From assembly GCA_965197745.1 (NCBI GenBank), contig CBDANS010000006.1:448001-512000 (forward strand): DNA of 64,000 bases. The letters run 5' to 3'. Position 1 is the first letter of the stretch; each line of letters opens with the position of its first letter. Positions 41,665-51,625 of this stretch are shown in pieces. A program made the position numbers and the translations under genes. The DNA comes from Opitutales bacterium. GTDB lineage: Bacteria > Verrucomicrobiota > Verrucomicrobiia > Opitutales > PNEW01. The notes under the pieces are model-generated. The model searched no databases. It had not been told where the DNA came from and was given only the letters and a program-made list of their open reading frames with translations.

Positions 41665-41833
41665 GCCTTTTCACCTAAATGGCCATCAGGATAAGCAACC
41701 ATTCTTCGACTGCCTCATCCTCTTCGCCCATCAATTACCTAATAACTATTTTTGTATTAAATTTTGCGAGAGAGACGAAGATTATCTCGAATAACTTTTA
41801 ACCTGACGGCATTCGGCTTTCATCCTAAATAGT

Positions 41834-42862
41834 ATGAGCCCAAATTTACCAGTTCGAAACAGCGTTCGATTATTTAATTCGTCGCTCGCGCTATGCGCCT
41901 TTCTCTGCGCTGTATTATTCTTCAGCCCCGAGACACGGGCGAATGTAAAATTTAATGGGGTACCTTATCTCGGCCTCAAAAACCTGGCGAATAATTTAGG
42001 CATGAAACACGGCTGGGTGAACAGAGGAAAAAGTATAGTCCTTACCAGCCAATGGTCGCGACTTGAATTTGAGGTGCATAAACGGGAAATAAAGATTAAT
42101 GGGATCAGGGTATTTCTCGGCTACCCTGTAGCTCTGAAAGGACAGGATCTTTATATCAGTAATATGGACTATGATAATAATATCTTACCCATCTTAACGC
42201 CTCAAAAGAATACCAAAGTTCCTAAACTGTTCCACATTGTCATCGATCCCGGACATGGTGGCAAAGACCCCGGTGCCGAAAATAAAATTTTGAAAATAAA
42301 TGAAAAGACCATCACCTTTGATGTCGCGATACGACTGAAAAAAATACTCGAATCGAATGGCTACCGTATCACCCTCACGCGCAAAAGTGACAATTTCATT
42401 GATTTGGGAAATCGGACAAAGATTGCTAATAAATTAAAGGCTGACCTTTTTATCAGTGTTCATATCAATTCGCATTCATCAAATAAAGTGCGCGGTCTTG
42501 AAACCTTTGTCTTAACACCCTGCAATCAACCCTCTTCCTCCCGTAAGACTCTACTCTCCACGGATCATACCCTCTATCCCGGCAATCGTTACGATGACTG
42601 GAACACTTTAGCAGGTTATTATGTCCAAAGGGAATTAATCAGAGAACTTCCTTCGCCCGACCGGGGCTTGAAGCGGGCCCGTTTTAAAGTTTTAAGGCAT
42701 TTGGACTGTCCGGGGATCTACGTGGAGGGTGGATTTATTTCCCATGCTATCGAATCGAGAAATCTTGGAGCCGCATCGTATCGTCAGCAAATCGCGAAAG
42801 CGGTTGCCGATGGCGTAATCCGCTATCAGAAAACAATAAATCGTCTTCGAGAAAAAGCATGA
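41834..42862 (+). CDS. N-acetylmuramoyl-L-alanine amidase (Amidase_3)
   Basis: Signal peptide; IDPGHGGKDPGA, EK, FISVHIN, VEGGFI. Confidence 0.92.
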   Translation: MSPNLPVRNSVRLFNSSLALCAFLCAVLFFSPETRANVKFNGVPYLGLKNLANNLGMKHGWVNRGKSIVLTSQWSRLEFEVHKREIKINGIRVFLGYPVALKGQDLYISNMDYDNNILPILTPQKNTKVPKLFHIVIDPGHGGKDPGAENKILKINEKTITFDVAIRLKKILESNGYRITLTRKSDNFIDLGNRTKIANKLKADLFISVHINSHSSNKVRGLETFVLTPCNQPSSSRKTLLSTDHTLYPGNRYDDWNTLAGYYVQRELIRELPSPDRGLKRARFKVLRHLDCPGIYVEGGFISHAIESRNLGAASYRQQIAKAVADGVIRYQKTINRLREKA

Positions 42863-42932
42863 TATTTTTCATCTTCTGAATGAACAGTCGGACAATAACT
42901 GGCTTTATTGGTTAAACAGCTTCTCTCCTCCC

Positions 42933-44108
42933 ATGCGCTTTTTTTTATTACTATTATTTATCGCTCTCGGCACCACACCCTTTTTCGCGGTTGGAGTCAC
43001 CGCTGACAAGGTGGTTGTAGTGGCCAATATTAATCAGTCAGTATCCGTTAAGCTTGCAATACATTACCTCGAGAGTAGAAAAATCCCCGAAAAAAATCTC
43101 ATCCTCCTCGATGCCCCTGCTGAGGAGGAGATTACATGGACTCAATTCATCGAGTTTATTTATAATCCCCTCGTCAACTCGCTTATTGAGCATGGTTGGA
43201 TTGATGCCATGAATTCCGAATTAGTCGATATTCACGGGCGCCGCCGTTATGCCGTGTCGAAACACAATATCGATTACCTCGTCCTCTGCCGGGGCATCCC
43301 CCTGAAGATCTCCAATGATCCAAAGCGCGTGGAAAACGAACCCACTAACCATCTGCGCCCGGCATACGTGAAAAATAAATGTTCCCTCGATGGAGAACTG
43401 TCACTATTAGCGGTACCCCAGCTTCCTATTACCGGATGGGTGCCCAATCCCCTTTATATAAGGGACCGTCCCTCCTTTCTTGAAAACCAGCAAGTGATAA
43501 AAGTGTCACGACTGGACGGCCCCAGTTTGGGTGCTGCGATGGCGCTTGTGGACAACGCCATCCTCGCCGAAGAGCGTGGACTTGTCGGGCGTGCCTATGT
43601 TGACCGGGGTGGGCAACATGACAAAGGTGAAAAATGGCTGATCAAAGTTGCTGATCAAATAGCTTCTTTGGGGTATGATTTAACCGTAGATAAAAATAAG
43701 AAAACCTTTCCCATGAATGCCCCATTTATCGAACCCGCGCTCTACTTTGGGTGGTATACCCAACATGTGAATGGGCCTTTTCTCAAAAAGGACTTTCAGT
43801 TTCCCCCCGGGGCAATTGCGGTACACATTCACAGTTTTTCGGCTAATACTTTACGTAATGCCAATAAAAACTGGTGTGCTCCCTTCATCGCCCGGGGTGT
43901 GACTGCCACCCTGGGTAATGTAAATGAACCCTATCTCGAGTTCACTCACCATCTCGACCACTTTTTTGAAGCCCTCTCCAGAGGCTGGACTTTAGGGGAT
44001 GCTGCTTTCTACGCCTTACCTACCCTCAGTTGGCAGGCTGTATTAATCGGAGATCCTCTTTACCGTCCCTTTAAAGTTGCTTCTGCGGGACAAGACCAGC
44101 CAAATTAA
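42933..44108 (+). CDS. TIGR03790 family exported protein
   Basis: VVVAN, SRLDG, YFGWY, GAIAVHIHSFSA, G.V.EPYL, SWQ....GDPLYRPF. Confidence 0.8.
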   Translation: MRFFLLLLFIALGTTPFFAVGVTADKVVVVANINQSVSVKLAIHYLESRKIPEKNLILLDAPAEEEITWTQFIEFIYNPLVNSLIEHGWIDAMNSELVDIHGRRRYAVSKHNIDYLVLCRGIPLKISNDPKRVENEPTNHLRPAYVKNKCSLDGELSLLAVPQLPITGWVPNPLYIRDRPSFLENQQVIKVSRLDGPSLGAAMALVDNAILAEERGLVGRAYVDRGGQHDKGEKWLIKVADQIASLGYDLTVDKNKKTFPMNAPFIEPALYFGWYTQHVNGPFLKKDFQFPPGAIAVHIHSFSANTLRNANKNWCAPFIARGVTATLGNVNEPYLEFTHHLDHFFEALSRGWTLGDAAFYALPTLSWQAVLIGDPLYRPFKVASAGQDQPN

Positions 44109-44698
44109 ACTTTTTCGACAATTCTGTCCGCGAGCCCGTAGTCAATTGTTTCCTGGGCATTCATATAAAAATCACGGTCGGTATCTCGCTGTATTTTTTC
44201 CAAAGGCTGACCCGAGGCATCGGAAAGAATGCGATTTATTTCCTCGCGGGTTTTCTCCATTTCCTGGGCTTGGATATTAATATCGACTGCCGCTCCCATA
44301 AACCTACCCATGATAAGCGGTTGATGAATCAATACCTGGGCGTGAGGGTAAAGCAGCCGTTGCCCCTTGGTCGCGGCGGAAAGTAGTACGGATCCCATGC
44401 TGGCCGCCATTCCCGTGACAACAATAGTGATTGGAGAGCTGACTAACTTCATCGTATCGTAAACCGCCATGCCCGAGGTTGTCGATCCTCCAGGCGTATT
44501 GAGGTAAATTGTAATTTCTTTGTCAGCATCCATGGCTTCGAGATAAAGCAGGCGCTCGGTCACGTCCTTACACAAATCGTTATTAACCTCTCCCCAAAAA
44601 AATATTTTCCTCTCTTCGAGGAACTTCTTTTGCATCAATTGATTGATGCTCTTAAGATCTTCCCAGTCGGATTTTTCTTCCATTTTATTTTTCACCAC
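44105..44698 (-). CDS. clpP: ATP-dependent Clp protease proteolytic subunit
   Basis: YLNTPGG, G.AASMG (Ser), IHQP (His), DRDFYM...E..DYGL.D. Confidence 0.95.
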   Translation of the reverse strand: MVKNKMEEKSDWEDLKSINQLMQKKFLEERKIFFWGEVNNDLCKDVTERLLYLEAMDADKEITIYLNTPGGSTTSGMAVYDTMKLVSSPITIVVTGMAASMGSVLLSAATKGQRLLYPHAQVLIHQPLIMGRFMGAAVDINIQAQEMEKTREEINRILSDASGQPLEKIQRDTDRDFYMNAQETIDYGLADRIVEKV

Positions 44699-45001
44699 TT
44701 GTATTATTGATTTTTATCAAATGACTTAATGGCATATATAGTTAATTTCGGACTGTGACCAAGAAAAATATTTATGCAAATTGTTTAACTTCTTCGACTG
44801 GAAACTGTCTGGCAGGTTCCCTTTGGTTTACTTCTAATCACTTTTAGGCATTTAGTATTGCTCATGGACCCATCCTTTCCTCACCTGAGTGACCAGATGG
44901 TAATTTCAGTAGATAAAGTCTTTTTCAGTTTGATATGTGATTCAATAGCTTTAATTTTAAAATAAAAGTATTTCTGCGACCTGTTATATAATTAAATTAT
45001 T

Positions 45002-45430
45002 ATGGGACTCCGCCCTGAACAGATTCTTGAGACTTGCATTTATGTCGATGATTTGGCCAGGGCTGAACAGTTTTATCATGAAACGCTGGGGTTGGAGCTG
45101 ATTTCTAAAGATGATAACCGTCATCTTTTTTTTCGCCTCGGAAGAAGTGTTTTTCTCGTTTTCAAACCGGACGCCACCATGGTTCCTGGAAAGGAGAACG
45201 CGGCGCCTGTCCATGGCGCCAGGGGATCATGCCATGCTGCTTTTGCCGTAAGGAGCCGTGAAATTGACCCATGGCGTGAAAAGCTTTGCGCAAAAGGGGT
45301 TGAAATTGAAAAAGAGATAAACTGGCCGAAGGGTGGAAGATCACTCTATTTCCGTGATCCGGCGGGGAACAGTATTGAACTCGCCACCACCGCGGGGTGG
45401 AAAATTACGGAAAATGTTGTTTTCGATTGA
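45002..45430 (+). CDS. VOC family protein
   Basis: ILET.IYVDDL..AE.FY...LGL, HAAF, SLYFRDPAGNSIEL. Confidence 0.88.
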   Translation: MGLRPEQILETCIYVDDLARAEQFYHETLGLELISKDDNRHLFFRLGRSVFLVFKPDATMVPGKENAAPVHGARGSCHAAFAVRSREIDPWREKLCAKGVEIEKEINWPKGGRSLYFRDPAGNSIELATTAGWKITENVVFD

Positions 45431-45473
45431 GCCCTGCCTAAATACTTCAGCCGCGGTATACCTTTATTCAATA

Positions 45474-46247
45474 ATGACAAATAAACAGCGAATTGATCTT
45501 ATTGAGGACTATTTACACGAGCATAATTATGCCGATTTGCATACCTTGGCCAAGGAGTTTGCTATCAGCCTCTCGACGGTGCGACGCGCCCTGAATGAAC
45601 TTGAAGCAAAAGAGGTAGTCCGACGTCACCATGGTGGCGCCAGTTTAATCTACCATGATGTAAATGCCATTGGATATGACTTTATCACCCAGGATGATCG
45701 CCAGGCTGAAGAAAAACATGCCATCGCAAAATATATCGCAGCCCTCGTCGAACCGAGTATGACCGTAATCCTCGATGGGGGGACAACAACCTATACGGTG
45801 GCAAGATTTTTAGTCTCCAAGCGTATTATTGTGATTACCAATTCACTGCCCATCGCCGCGCTCTTTAATGAAATCAGTTCTATGGAAACTATCGTTACCG
45901 GAGGGACTGTTTACCACCGCCTCGGCGTTCTCCTTGGACCGACCTGCGAGTACTCGCTATCGCAAATGCATGCTGATTTAGCGATCCTCAGCGGTGCGGG
46001 GATTACGGAAGAAGGTATTTGGAATAGTAACAGTTTCATTGTTTCGGCTCAGAAAAAAGTGTTGAAAGCCGCTGATAAAAGTATTTTCGCCATCGACAGA
46101 AGTAAATTTGGCAAACGTGCTCTCGAACTCACCACTTCGTTTAATAAATCTTTTATGGTCGTAACCGAAGCCCAACCCAAGCAAAGTCTTTCCCGCGCCA
46201 TGCGTGCAGCCGGGACCGATCTTAAAATCGTTCCCCTCGATAAGTAA
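45474..46247 (+). CDS. DeoR/GlpR family transcriptional regulator
   Basis: HTH S.STVRR.L..L, R.HGGA, LDGGTT, ITNS, D.SKFG. Start moved to the ATG at 45474. Confidence 0.9.
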   Translation: MTNKQRIDLIEDYLHEHNYADLHTLAKEFAISLSTVRRALNELEAKEVVRRHHGGASLIYHDVNAIGYDFITQDDRQAEEKHAIAKYIAALVEPSMTVILDGGTTTYTVARFLVSKRIIVITNSLPIAALFNEISSMETIVTGGTVYHRLGVLLGPTCEYSLSQMHADLAILSGAGITEEGIWNSNSFIVSAQKKVLKAADKSIFAIDRSKFGKRALELTTSFNKSFMVVTEAQPKQSLSRAMRAAGTDLKIVPLDK

Positions 46248-46366
46248 TAGAATAACGCAGCCACGACGGAGCGTTGCCCGCCAGCCGTGATCTCACAGCA
46301 TTGAATTCCCGCGTATCCGCATTAACCCGTTTTCGCTTATACCATCTATACGACCCGGTCAGGCGA

Positions 46367-47248
46367 TCAGCCTTCACCACGCTCAAGGACATCAGGTCTT
46401 TGCTCTTCCAAATGATCCATAATCGCGAATTTAATTAAATCCGGGCGTGTCCAGGGAATATAATGATTGAGGTTGGGAACACGCTGCACCGTAAGCTCCG
46501 CGTTGATCAGCATGCGCTCTGCAAAGGCGGCGTTTTCTGGAGAAACCAGACGATCGCGATCACCGTGTATCAGATATACCGGAACATGGATCTGCTTCCA
46601 TAGGGGTATCATTTTTTCAAGTTCTCCTCTTAATGGAAGAATTTCCTGGTTGGCAGTCGTTAGATTCTTGGGGATCACTTGATTAACAATCGGTAATTTA
46701 ACAAGATGCTGATACCAGAATGTCCCTTCGAGTTCAGGATCTATGGTGGGTGATATCATAATGAGTCCATCGATCTGATCGATAAAATCCATCGCCATGC
46801 GCGCGATCACGGGACCCCCAAAAGAATGTCCCACCAGAATTGCTCCCGAACCGGATCGATTGCGTTCAAGAATCGGTTTCAGCATAGCCGCCTGTCGCTT
46901 AAGAGACTTGACTTCACGACCGAGTTCCGAGTCGCCAAAACCGGGGCGGTCAACCGATATCATGCGAACTTTACCTTGGAGATCAGTATCTGCCATGAGA
47001 CCGGCAAAAGCCTTCCATGAACCGGGCGATCCGTGGACAAAGACAACTAAGGGCAAGCTGGCATCGCCGATATCTGCATAATGAATGGCACGACCATCAA
47101 TTTCGTAGGTATGAAATGTCGGCATATAGCCGGAAGCAAATTGCTCACTTACATATAAAGCCCTGTCCGGCATCGATCGGCATCCATAGAGAAAAACCGC
47201 AAGTGCGGACAGCATCAACATACAGATATACTTCATGGGAGTGAGCAT
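46367..47248 (-). CDS. Alpha/beta hydrolase, probable lipoprotein
   Basis: Lipobox LYGC, HGSPG, DRPGFG, GHSFG nucleophile elbow, HGDRD, distal His. Confidence 0.88.
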   Translation of the reverse strand: MLTPMKYICMLMLSALAVFLYGCRSMPDRALYVSEQFASGYMPTFHTYEIDGRAIHYADIGDASLPLVVFVHGSPGSWKAFAGLMADTDLQGKVRMISVDRPGFGDSELGREVKSLKRQAAMLKPILERNRSGSGAILVGHSFGGPVIARMAMDFIDQIDGLIMISPTIDPELEGTFWYQHLVKLPIVNQVIPKNLTTANQEILPLRGELEKMIPLWKQIHVPVYLIHGDRDRLVSPENAAFAERMLINAELTVQRVPNLNHYIPWTRPDLIKFAIMDHLEEQRPDVLERGEG

Positions 47249-47515
47249 CGCTTTATTGTATATCAAGAACTTGAATCAGTCCTTTAATATATAACGCGAT
47301 GTCGTATCCGACGCAAATAAAATACCTATTTCGGTGTTGTATGACGCCTAATTACGCCGGTTTTCTCTCTACCTTGAGAAGGAACCTTCCCGAGGGCAAT
47401 CAACCCGGTCATAAAACGCAGGTTTTTTTTCGAAAGGTCGTGGGAGAGGATTAATCGATGACGCGCAATCTCAAAACGGTGAGCCTCGAAAATGGGAATA
47501 AACATTATCGCTTCA

Positions 47516-48228
47516 TTACCGATTCATCTCGTTGGCAACAGCACTACGGAGGGCGGCAACAGCTTTCGCGTGTATTTGACAGATGCGTGCTTCGGTCACG
47601 CAGAATACTTGAGCGATCTCCGATAATCGCATGTCTTCATAATAGTACATGGCATGGCCAATATTTTTTTCTGACGGTCAGGCAATTTTTTTATGCATTT
47701 TACCATAATCTCTCTCATTTCCTCTCTTTGTATCATCTCCCAGCACGGCTTTTGTTGCTCATCGGCGAATGCTTCATGTAAGTCCGGCTCACTGTTCTCA
47801 TCGATTCGAAATGATCGATCGAGTGATATAATATTTACCGGTATGACCTGTTTCATCATGCGTTTGAATTCTTTATCATTCAGACCCATCTCTTCTTTGA
47901 TCTCATCATCCTCCGGGGCGCGCCCTAAACGCTGTTCTAACATTTCCACCACCTTCTGAAGCTGTCTGACTTTGGCACGGGCGGTGCGGGGCATATTATC
48001 AAGACGCCTTAATTCATCCAGTATGGCACCACGTACACGCATTGCCGCATAAGCTTCAAAGGTGTGCCCCTGGGCGTGATTATATTTTTGTGAGGCCGCA
48101 ATTAATCCTAGTATTCCTACGCTGTGCAGATCATCGGTATCGATATGAGAGGGCAGGTTTTTTGCTATGCTGTTTACTACTCTTTTTACCAGGGGTAGAT
48201 TACGTTCAACGATACTAATACTGCTCAA
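47516..48228 (-). pseudogene. FliA/WhiG (sigma-28-type) sigma factor, frameshifted by a 5-bp duplication
   Basis: LPLVK, DDL.SVG..GLI.A, F.AYA..RVRGAILDELR; region 4 continues in another frame (YYYEDMRLSEIAQVF.VTEARICQIH) after the CATGG duplication at 47648-47657. Confidence 0.85.
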
Positions 48229-48441
48229 CGCTTCCCCCTGCTTAATAAATTTTTTTGATAATTAACTGTCCCTGTCATCTGTTTTTATGATCGCCGATTT
48301 AATGGGTTTGATACTCACTTATGCTCAGTGTCGGAGCGGTGTCGTATGGAATCTCCTCATCCTGAAATCGCTTTTACCTTAATCTGAGATCCGTGGATTT
48401 CAGTAAGAGCGCAGGATGATTTTTCCATGCTTATGACTAAA

Positions 48442-48457
48442 AGCACCCACCGTGCCA
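48442..48457 (-). promoter_or_regulatory. Candidate sigma54 (-24/-12) promoter for the sigma factor gene
   Basis: Minus strand TGGCACGGTGGGTGCT versus consensus TGGCACGNNNNTTGCW: one mismatch, exact GG-N10-GC spacing. Confidence 0.6.
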
Positions 48458-48543
48458 GCTCGCGGTCATAATCATCTATGCTGTTAATTATCATCAGGAT
48501 ATATTAAATACAGGGGGGCCATTCCCATAAATATAACCATTGG

Positions 48544-48706
48544 GGGTAAATTATTCCTAGTTGGTATATAACTAGTTTAATTACAACTATTTATATTTTA
48601 AATATTGCAATTAAGCATGTGGTGATGACGGAGCACCTCAATAACACAGGGGTAGGAATAAATTACCCGGCAAAAGTTGAAATCTTCTTGCTGGGAATAT
48701 TATTCC
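48544..48706. promoter_or_regulatory. Three related 14-bp quasi-palindromes, candidate activator (enhancer) sites
   Basis: GGGTAAATTATTCC (48544-48557), GGAATAAATTACCC (48655-48668), GGGAATATTATTCC (48693-48706). Confidence 0.45.
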
Positions 48707-48836
48707 TATCGTTTAAATAGAGGTTAAGGTTATCAAGCACCCCTCCAGCTATGGCTGTTCTTCTTTGTCGTGGGTGAGCGAGAACCATTATGGAGAAGTG
48801 CCTTGCAATCCCCTTACACGGACATCCCTAATCCCC

Positions 48837-49334
48837 TCATTCCTGGATACGCTTTTCCTGATGTTTGTCTACCGACCTGGCCCCAATTGAAAATGCCTCT
48901 AAACCTGATTGCGTTAAAAACAAACCGGCAAAAGTTATAGCGTAAGTCAAAATGATTGCCGCCAGAGTTTTTCCCCAGCTGACATCGAGAAATATTTTGC
49001 CGAGTTGAACACCGATAAGCAGTAAAAGTCCTATTCCGGAAGCTAATTTTACAACTATTTGCAGCGTTTCATTCTCCAAGTGATGGACAATATAAATATC
49101 GGCCGTGGTCAAACCAAGGACCAGAAAAACCGTGGGGACCAGCATACCTATAAATACAAGCATGATGTTTTGTTTGCTATCCACTAAAGCGGAAGCAATC
49201 AATTTACCAAAGATGATCAGACAACCTGCGGCCACTCCAGAGAGGATATAAAAATCTACCCCAACCAGTTCGGTCATTAAAATAATGCCAAGGTTTGCCT
49301 TGAGGGTATCAAGCCAGATTTGCATGCGTTCCAT
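48837..49334 (-). CDS. Hypothetical membrane protein (about 4 TM)
   Basis: 165-aa hydrophobic ORF with ATG start and charged C-terminal tail. Confidence 0.65.
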   Translation of the reverse strand: MERMQIWLDTLKANLGIILMTELVGVDFYILSGVAAGCLIIFGKLIASALVDSKQNIMLVFIGMLVPTVFLVLGLTTADIYIVHHLENETLQIVVKLASGIGLLLLIGVQLGKIFLDVSWGKTLAAIILTYAITFAGLFLTQSGLEAFSIGARSVDKHQEKRIQE

Positions 49335-49457
49335 GATTAGGATTTATTCTCATAAAATCAATTTTAAAGCGGTAAGCGGAGATTCAACACGTTCCGCGGA
49401 CGCGACGGAGCGCCCGTTGAATAGTTCACCGATCACTGGCAACGGGGCTCTCCCCCA

Positions 49458-49600
49458 TTTTGACCTTTTGACCTATTGACTTTTTGACATCTACCCTTCC
49501 ACGCTTTCCCGCATTTTCGCTTTTACGCGTACACGCGTTTTCCCTTCCACGCTTCTTAAATTTCTATCGACAATCGGTAATCGGTAATCGACAATCTCCC
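49458..49600. repeat. Composite tract: (C/T)TTTTGAC octamers, G-N-G octamers and ATCGGTA/ATCGACA heptamers
   Basis: ttttgac cttttgac ctattgac tttttgac; ttccacgc ttttcccgc attttcgc ttttacgc gtacacgc; atcgacaatcggtaatcggtaatcgacaat. Confidence 0.7.
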
Positions 49601-49628
49601 ATCATCCTCTCGAGCTCCCGGTAAATAT

Positions 49629-51056
49629 ATGAGTGAACCCCTGCGTTACCCTTCTCTCTCAGAAAGTCTGCAGTCACGGAACTTTATAAATTTACTCCGT
49701 TTCTTTGGACCCGGGGCGATCATTGCCTCGGTGACCATAGGCAGTGGTGAAACCGTATTTGCCTCACGCGGTGGAGCACTTTTTGGGTATACCTTGCTCT
49801 GGTGTTTTGTCGGAGGGGGTCTAATGAAATTTGTCCAGGTATACACCGCTTCACGGTACATTACATTAACCGGTGAGCATCCCATCGAACGCTGGAAATA
49901 TTTACCGGGTCCGCACGGTTGGGCTGTCTGGGTCCTATCGATAATAAGCATTATCTGCTTCCCCTTATGGTTGTCCGGACTTCCTAAAATGCTGGGCTCA
50001 CTGATGGTGTGGATTTTCGAGATGGAAGGAAATACAGTCTGGGGGGACCCAAGGGTATGGGGCAGTATGATTGTCCTTGTCGCGGTTTCTCTGACCATGA
50101 TTCAGAGTTACAAAGCTCTGGAAATAACGCAGACCTTTGTTGTCGCGTTGCTTCTGGCCTGTATTTTAGTCGCCGTCTTTGCCATTGAGCCTGACTGGCT
50201 TGCCGCCTTTTTCGGAATGATAATACCAAGCAAGCCGAATTACGAAGCCTGGGTTCATGCCAGCTATCCAGCGATCAGCGCAAGGTCAGCGTGGATCGAA
50301 TTAGGCACTTATTTAGGCGCGATAGGGGGAGGCACTCAGGACTATTTTGGATACATCGGTATGCTGCGTGAAAAAAAATGGGGCCTTCTCGATCGTGATA
50401 ATGAAGTAGGTCCTGAAGGGGTGAACCTGGCCGCCGATAGCGATAATATTAAAGCGGGTCGAAAGTGGCTGATCGCTCCGTTAACCGATGCGGTCGTTTC
50501 CTTTTCGTGTGTTGTCCTCTTTACCATTGCATTTATGGTCCTTGGAGCAGCCATCCTTCATCCTAAACATATCGTTCCCAACGGTCTACAATTGCTCTCT
50601 GTCCAGGCTGAATTTCTGACCCTGCTTCATCCAAAATTAATTTACCTTTATCAAATCGGTGTCTTCATGGCCTTCTTTGGGACCATATTTACTGCCTATG
50701 AGCTCTATACCAGAACAACCTATGAATGCCTTCGCCCCATCGTCCCGCGCATCAGAAAAATGTCTATCACTAAGCTCAGACCTTGGGTCGTCGCTTATTG
50801 TGCACTGGGGGGTTTGGCAATAATGTGGTTGGGTGGCAATCCTGTGGCAATTGTTACCCCGGCAGCCATCTTTGGCGGTGTCTTAACCTGTGGTTTATGG
50901 TGTTTTCTCATGATCTGGACCGACCGTAAATACCTTCCTCAACCCCTGCAGATGGGAAAGACCCTTCTTATTCTCAATCTCATCAGCGGCCTCTTTCTCA
51001 CCGTTTGGGGAATTCGGGGCATTTATGATTATATCGGTAATCTTTTCACAGGCTGA
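49629..51056 (+). CDS. Nramp/MntH-like (APC superfamily) transporter
   Basis: FGPGAIIASVTIGSGE, GA.FGY.LLW; about 11 TM. Confidence 0.75.
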   Translation: MSEPLRYPSLSESLQSRNFINLLRFFGPGAIIASVTIGSGETVFASRGGALFGYTLLWCFVGGGLMKFVQVYTASRYITLTGEHPIERWKYLPGPHGWAVWVLSIISIICFPLWLSGLPKMLGSLMVWIFEMEGNTVWGDPRVWGSMIVLVAVSLTMIQSYKALEITQTFVVALLLACILVAVFAIEPDWLAAFFGMIIPSKPNYEAWVHASYPAISARSAWIELGTYLGAIGGGTQDYFGYIGMLREKKWGLLDRDNEVGPEGVNLAADSDNIKAGRKWLIAPLTDAVVSFSCVVLFTIAFMVLGAAILHPKHIVPNGLQLLSVQAEFLTLLHPKLIYLYQIGVFMAFFGTIFTAYELYTRTTYECLRPIVPRIRKMSITKLRPWVVAYCALGGLAIMWLGGNPVAIVTPAAIFGGVLTCGLWCFLMIWTDRKYLPQPLQMGKTLLILNLISGLFLTVWGIRGIYDYIGNLFTG

Positions 51057-51058
51057 CC

Positions 51059-51508
51059 GTGTCTGAGCATAAAGTAAGTGTAATCTGGCGTCGCAAAACC
51101 GACGATTTTCAATATAAAACCTACAGTCGGGACCACAGCTGGAAATTCGAAAACGGAACAGAAGTCAAGGCCTCTGCCGCGCCTGACTATCTTGGCAACG
51201 CCAACCGCGTTAATCCCGAAGAGGCCTATGTTGCATCCTTATCCAGCTGCCATATGCTTACCTTTTTAGCCATAGCATCCTACCAGGGATTTACAATCGA
51301 CAGCTATACCGATGAAGCAGTGGGGCTTCTAGAGAAAAACAGCTCGGGTAAAATGGCCGTGACCCAGGTAACCCTATCGCCGGAAATAAATTTCAGTGGT
51401 GAAAAAATACCCTCGGCCGAGGTCCTGAATGCCCTGCACGATAAAGCCCATCGCGAATGCTTTATCGCTAACTCGGTTACCACCAAAGTGATTGTGAATA
51501 TGCGGTAG
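51059..51508 (+). CDS. OsmC family protein
   Basis: YSRDH.W.F, NPEE...ASLSSCHMLTFL, AH..CFIANSV. Confidence 0.9.
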   Translation: MSEHKVSVIWRRKTDDFQYKTYSRDHSWKFENGTEVKASAAPDYLGNANRVNPEEAYVASLSSCHMLTFLAIASYQGFTIDSYTDEAVGLLEKNSSGKMAVTQVTLSPEINFSGEKIPSAEVLNALHDKAHRECFIANSVTTKVIVNMR

Positions 51509-51597
51509 CGCGTTACCGCGATTATGCGTAGAAGCGTGTAAGGGTAGAAGCGAGAATGTGGAAATGCGTTTAAGGGTTTAAGAGTAAATGTGGGAGA
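51502..51597 (+). repeat. Array of 12 in-phase octamers starting at the osmC stop codon (left arm of a composite repeat)
   Basis: GCGGTAGC GCGTTACC GCGATTAT GCGTAGAA GCGTGTAA GGGTAGAA GCGAGAAT GTGGAAAT GCGTTTAA GGGTTTAA GAGTAAAT GTGGGAGA. Confidence 0.85.
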
Positions 51598-51625
51598 AAC
51601 CTGTGTCAAGTGATTGGTGATAAAT

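Noticed and set aside
48229..48318. Upstream in-frame extension of the sigma gene broken by TAA (a second lesion)
   Set aside because: The extension has no sigma-like motif and the TTG at 48228 has a plausible purine-rich RBS (AGGGGG), so a second lesion is not supported.
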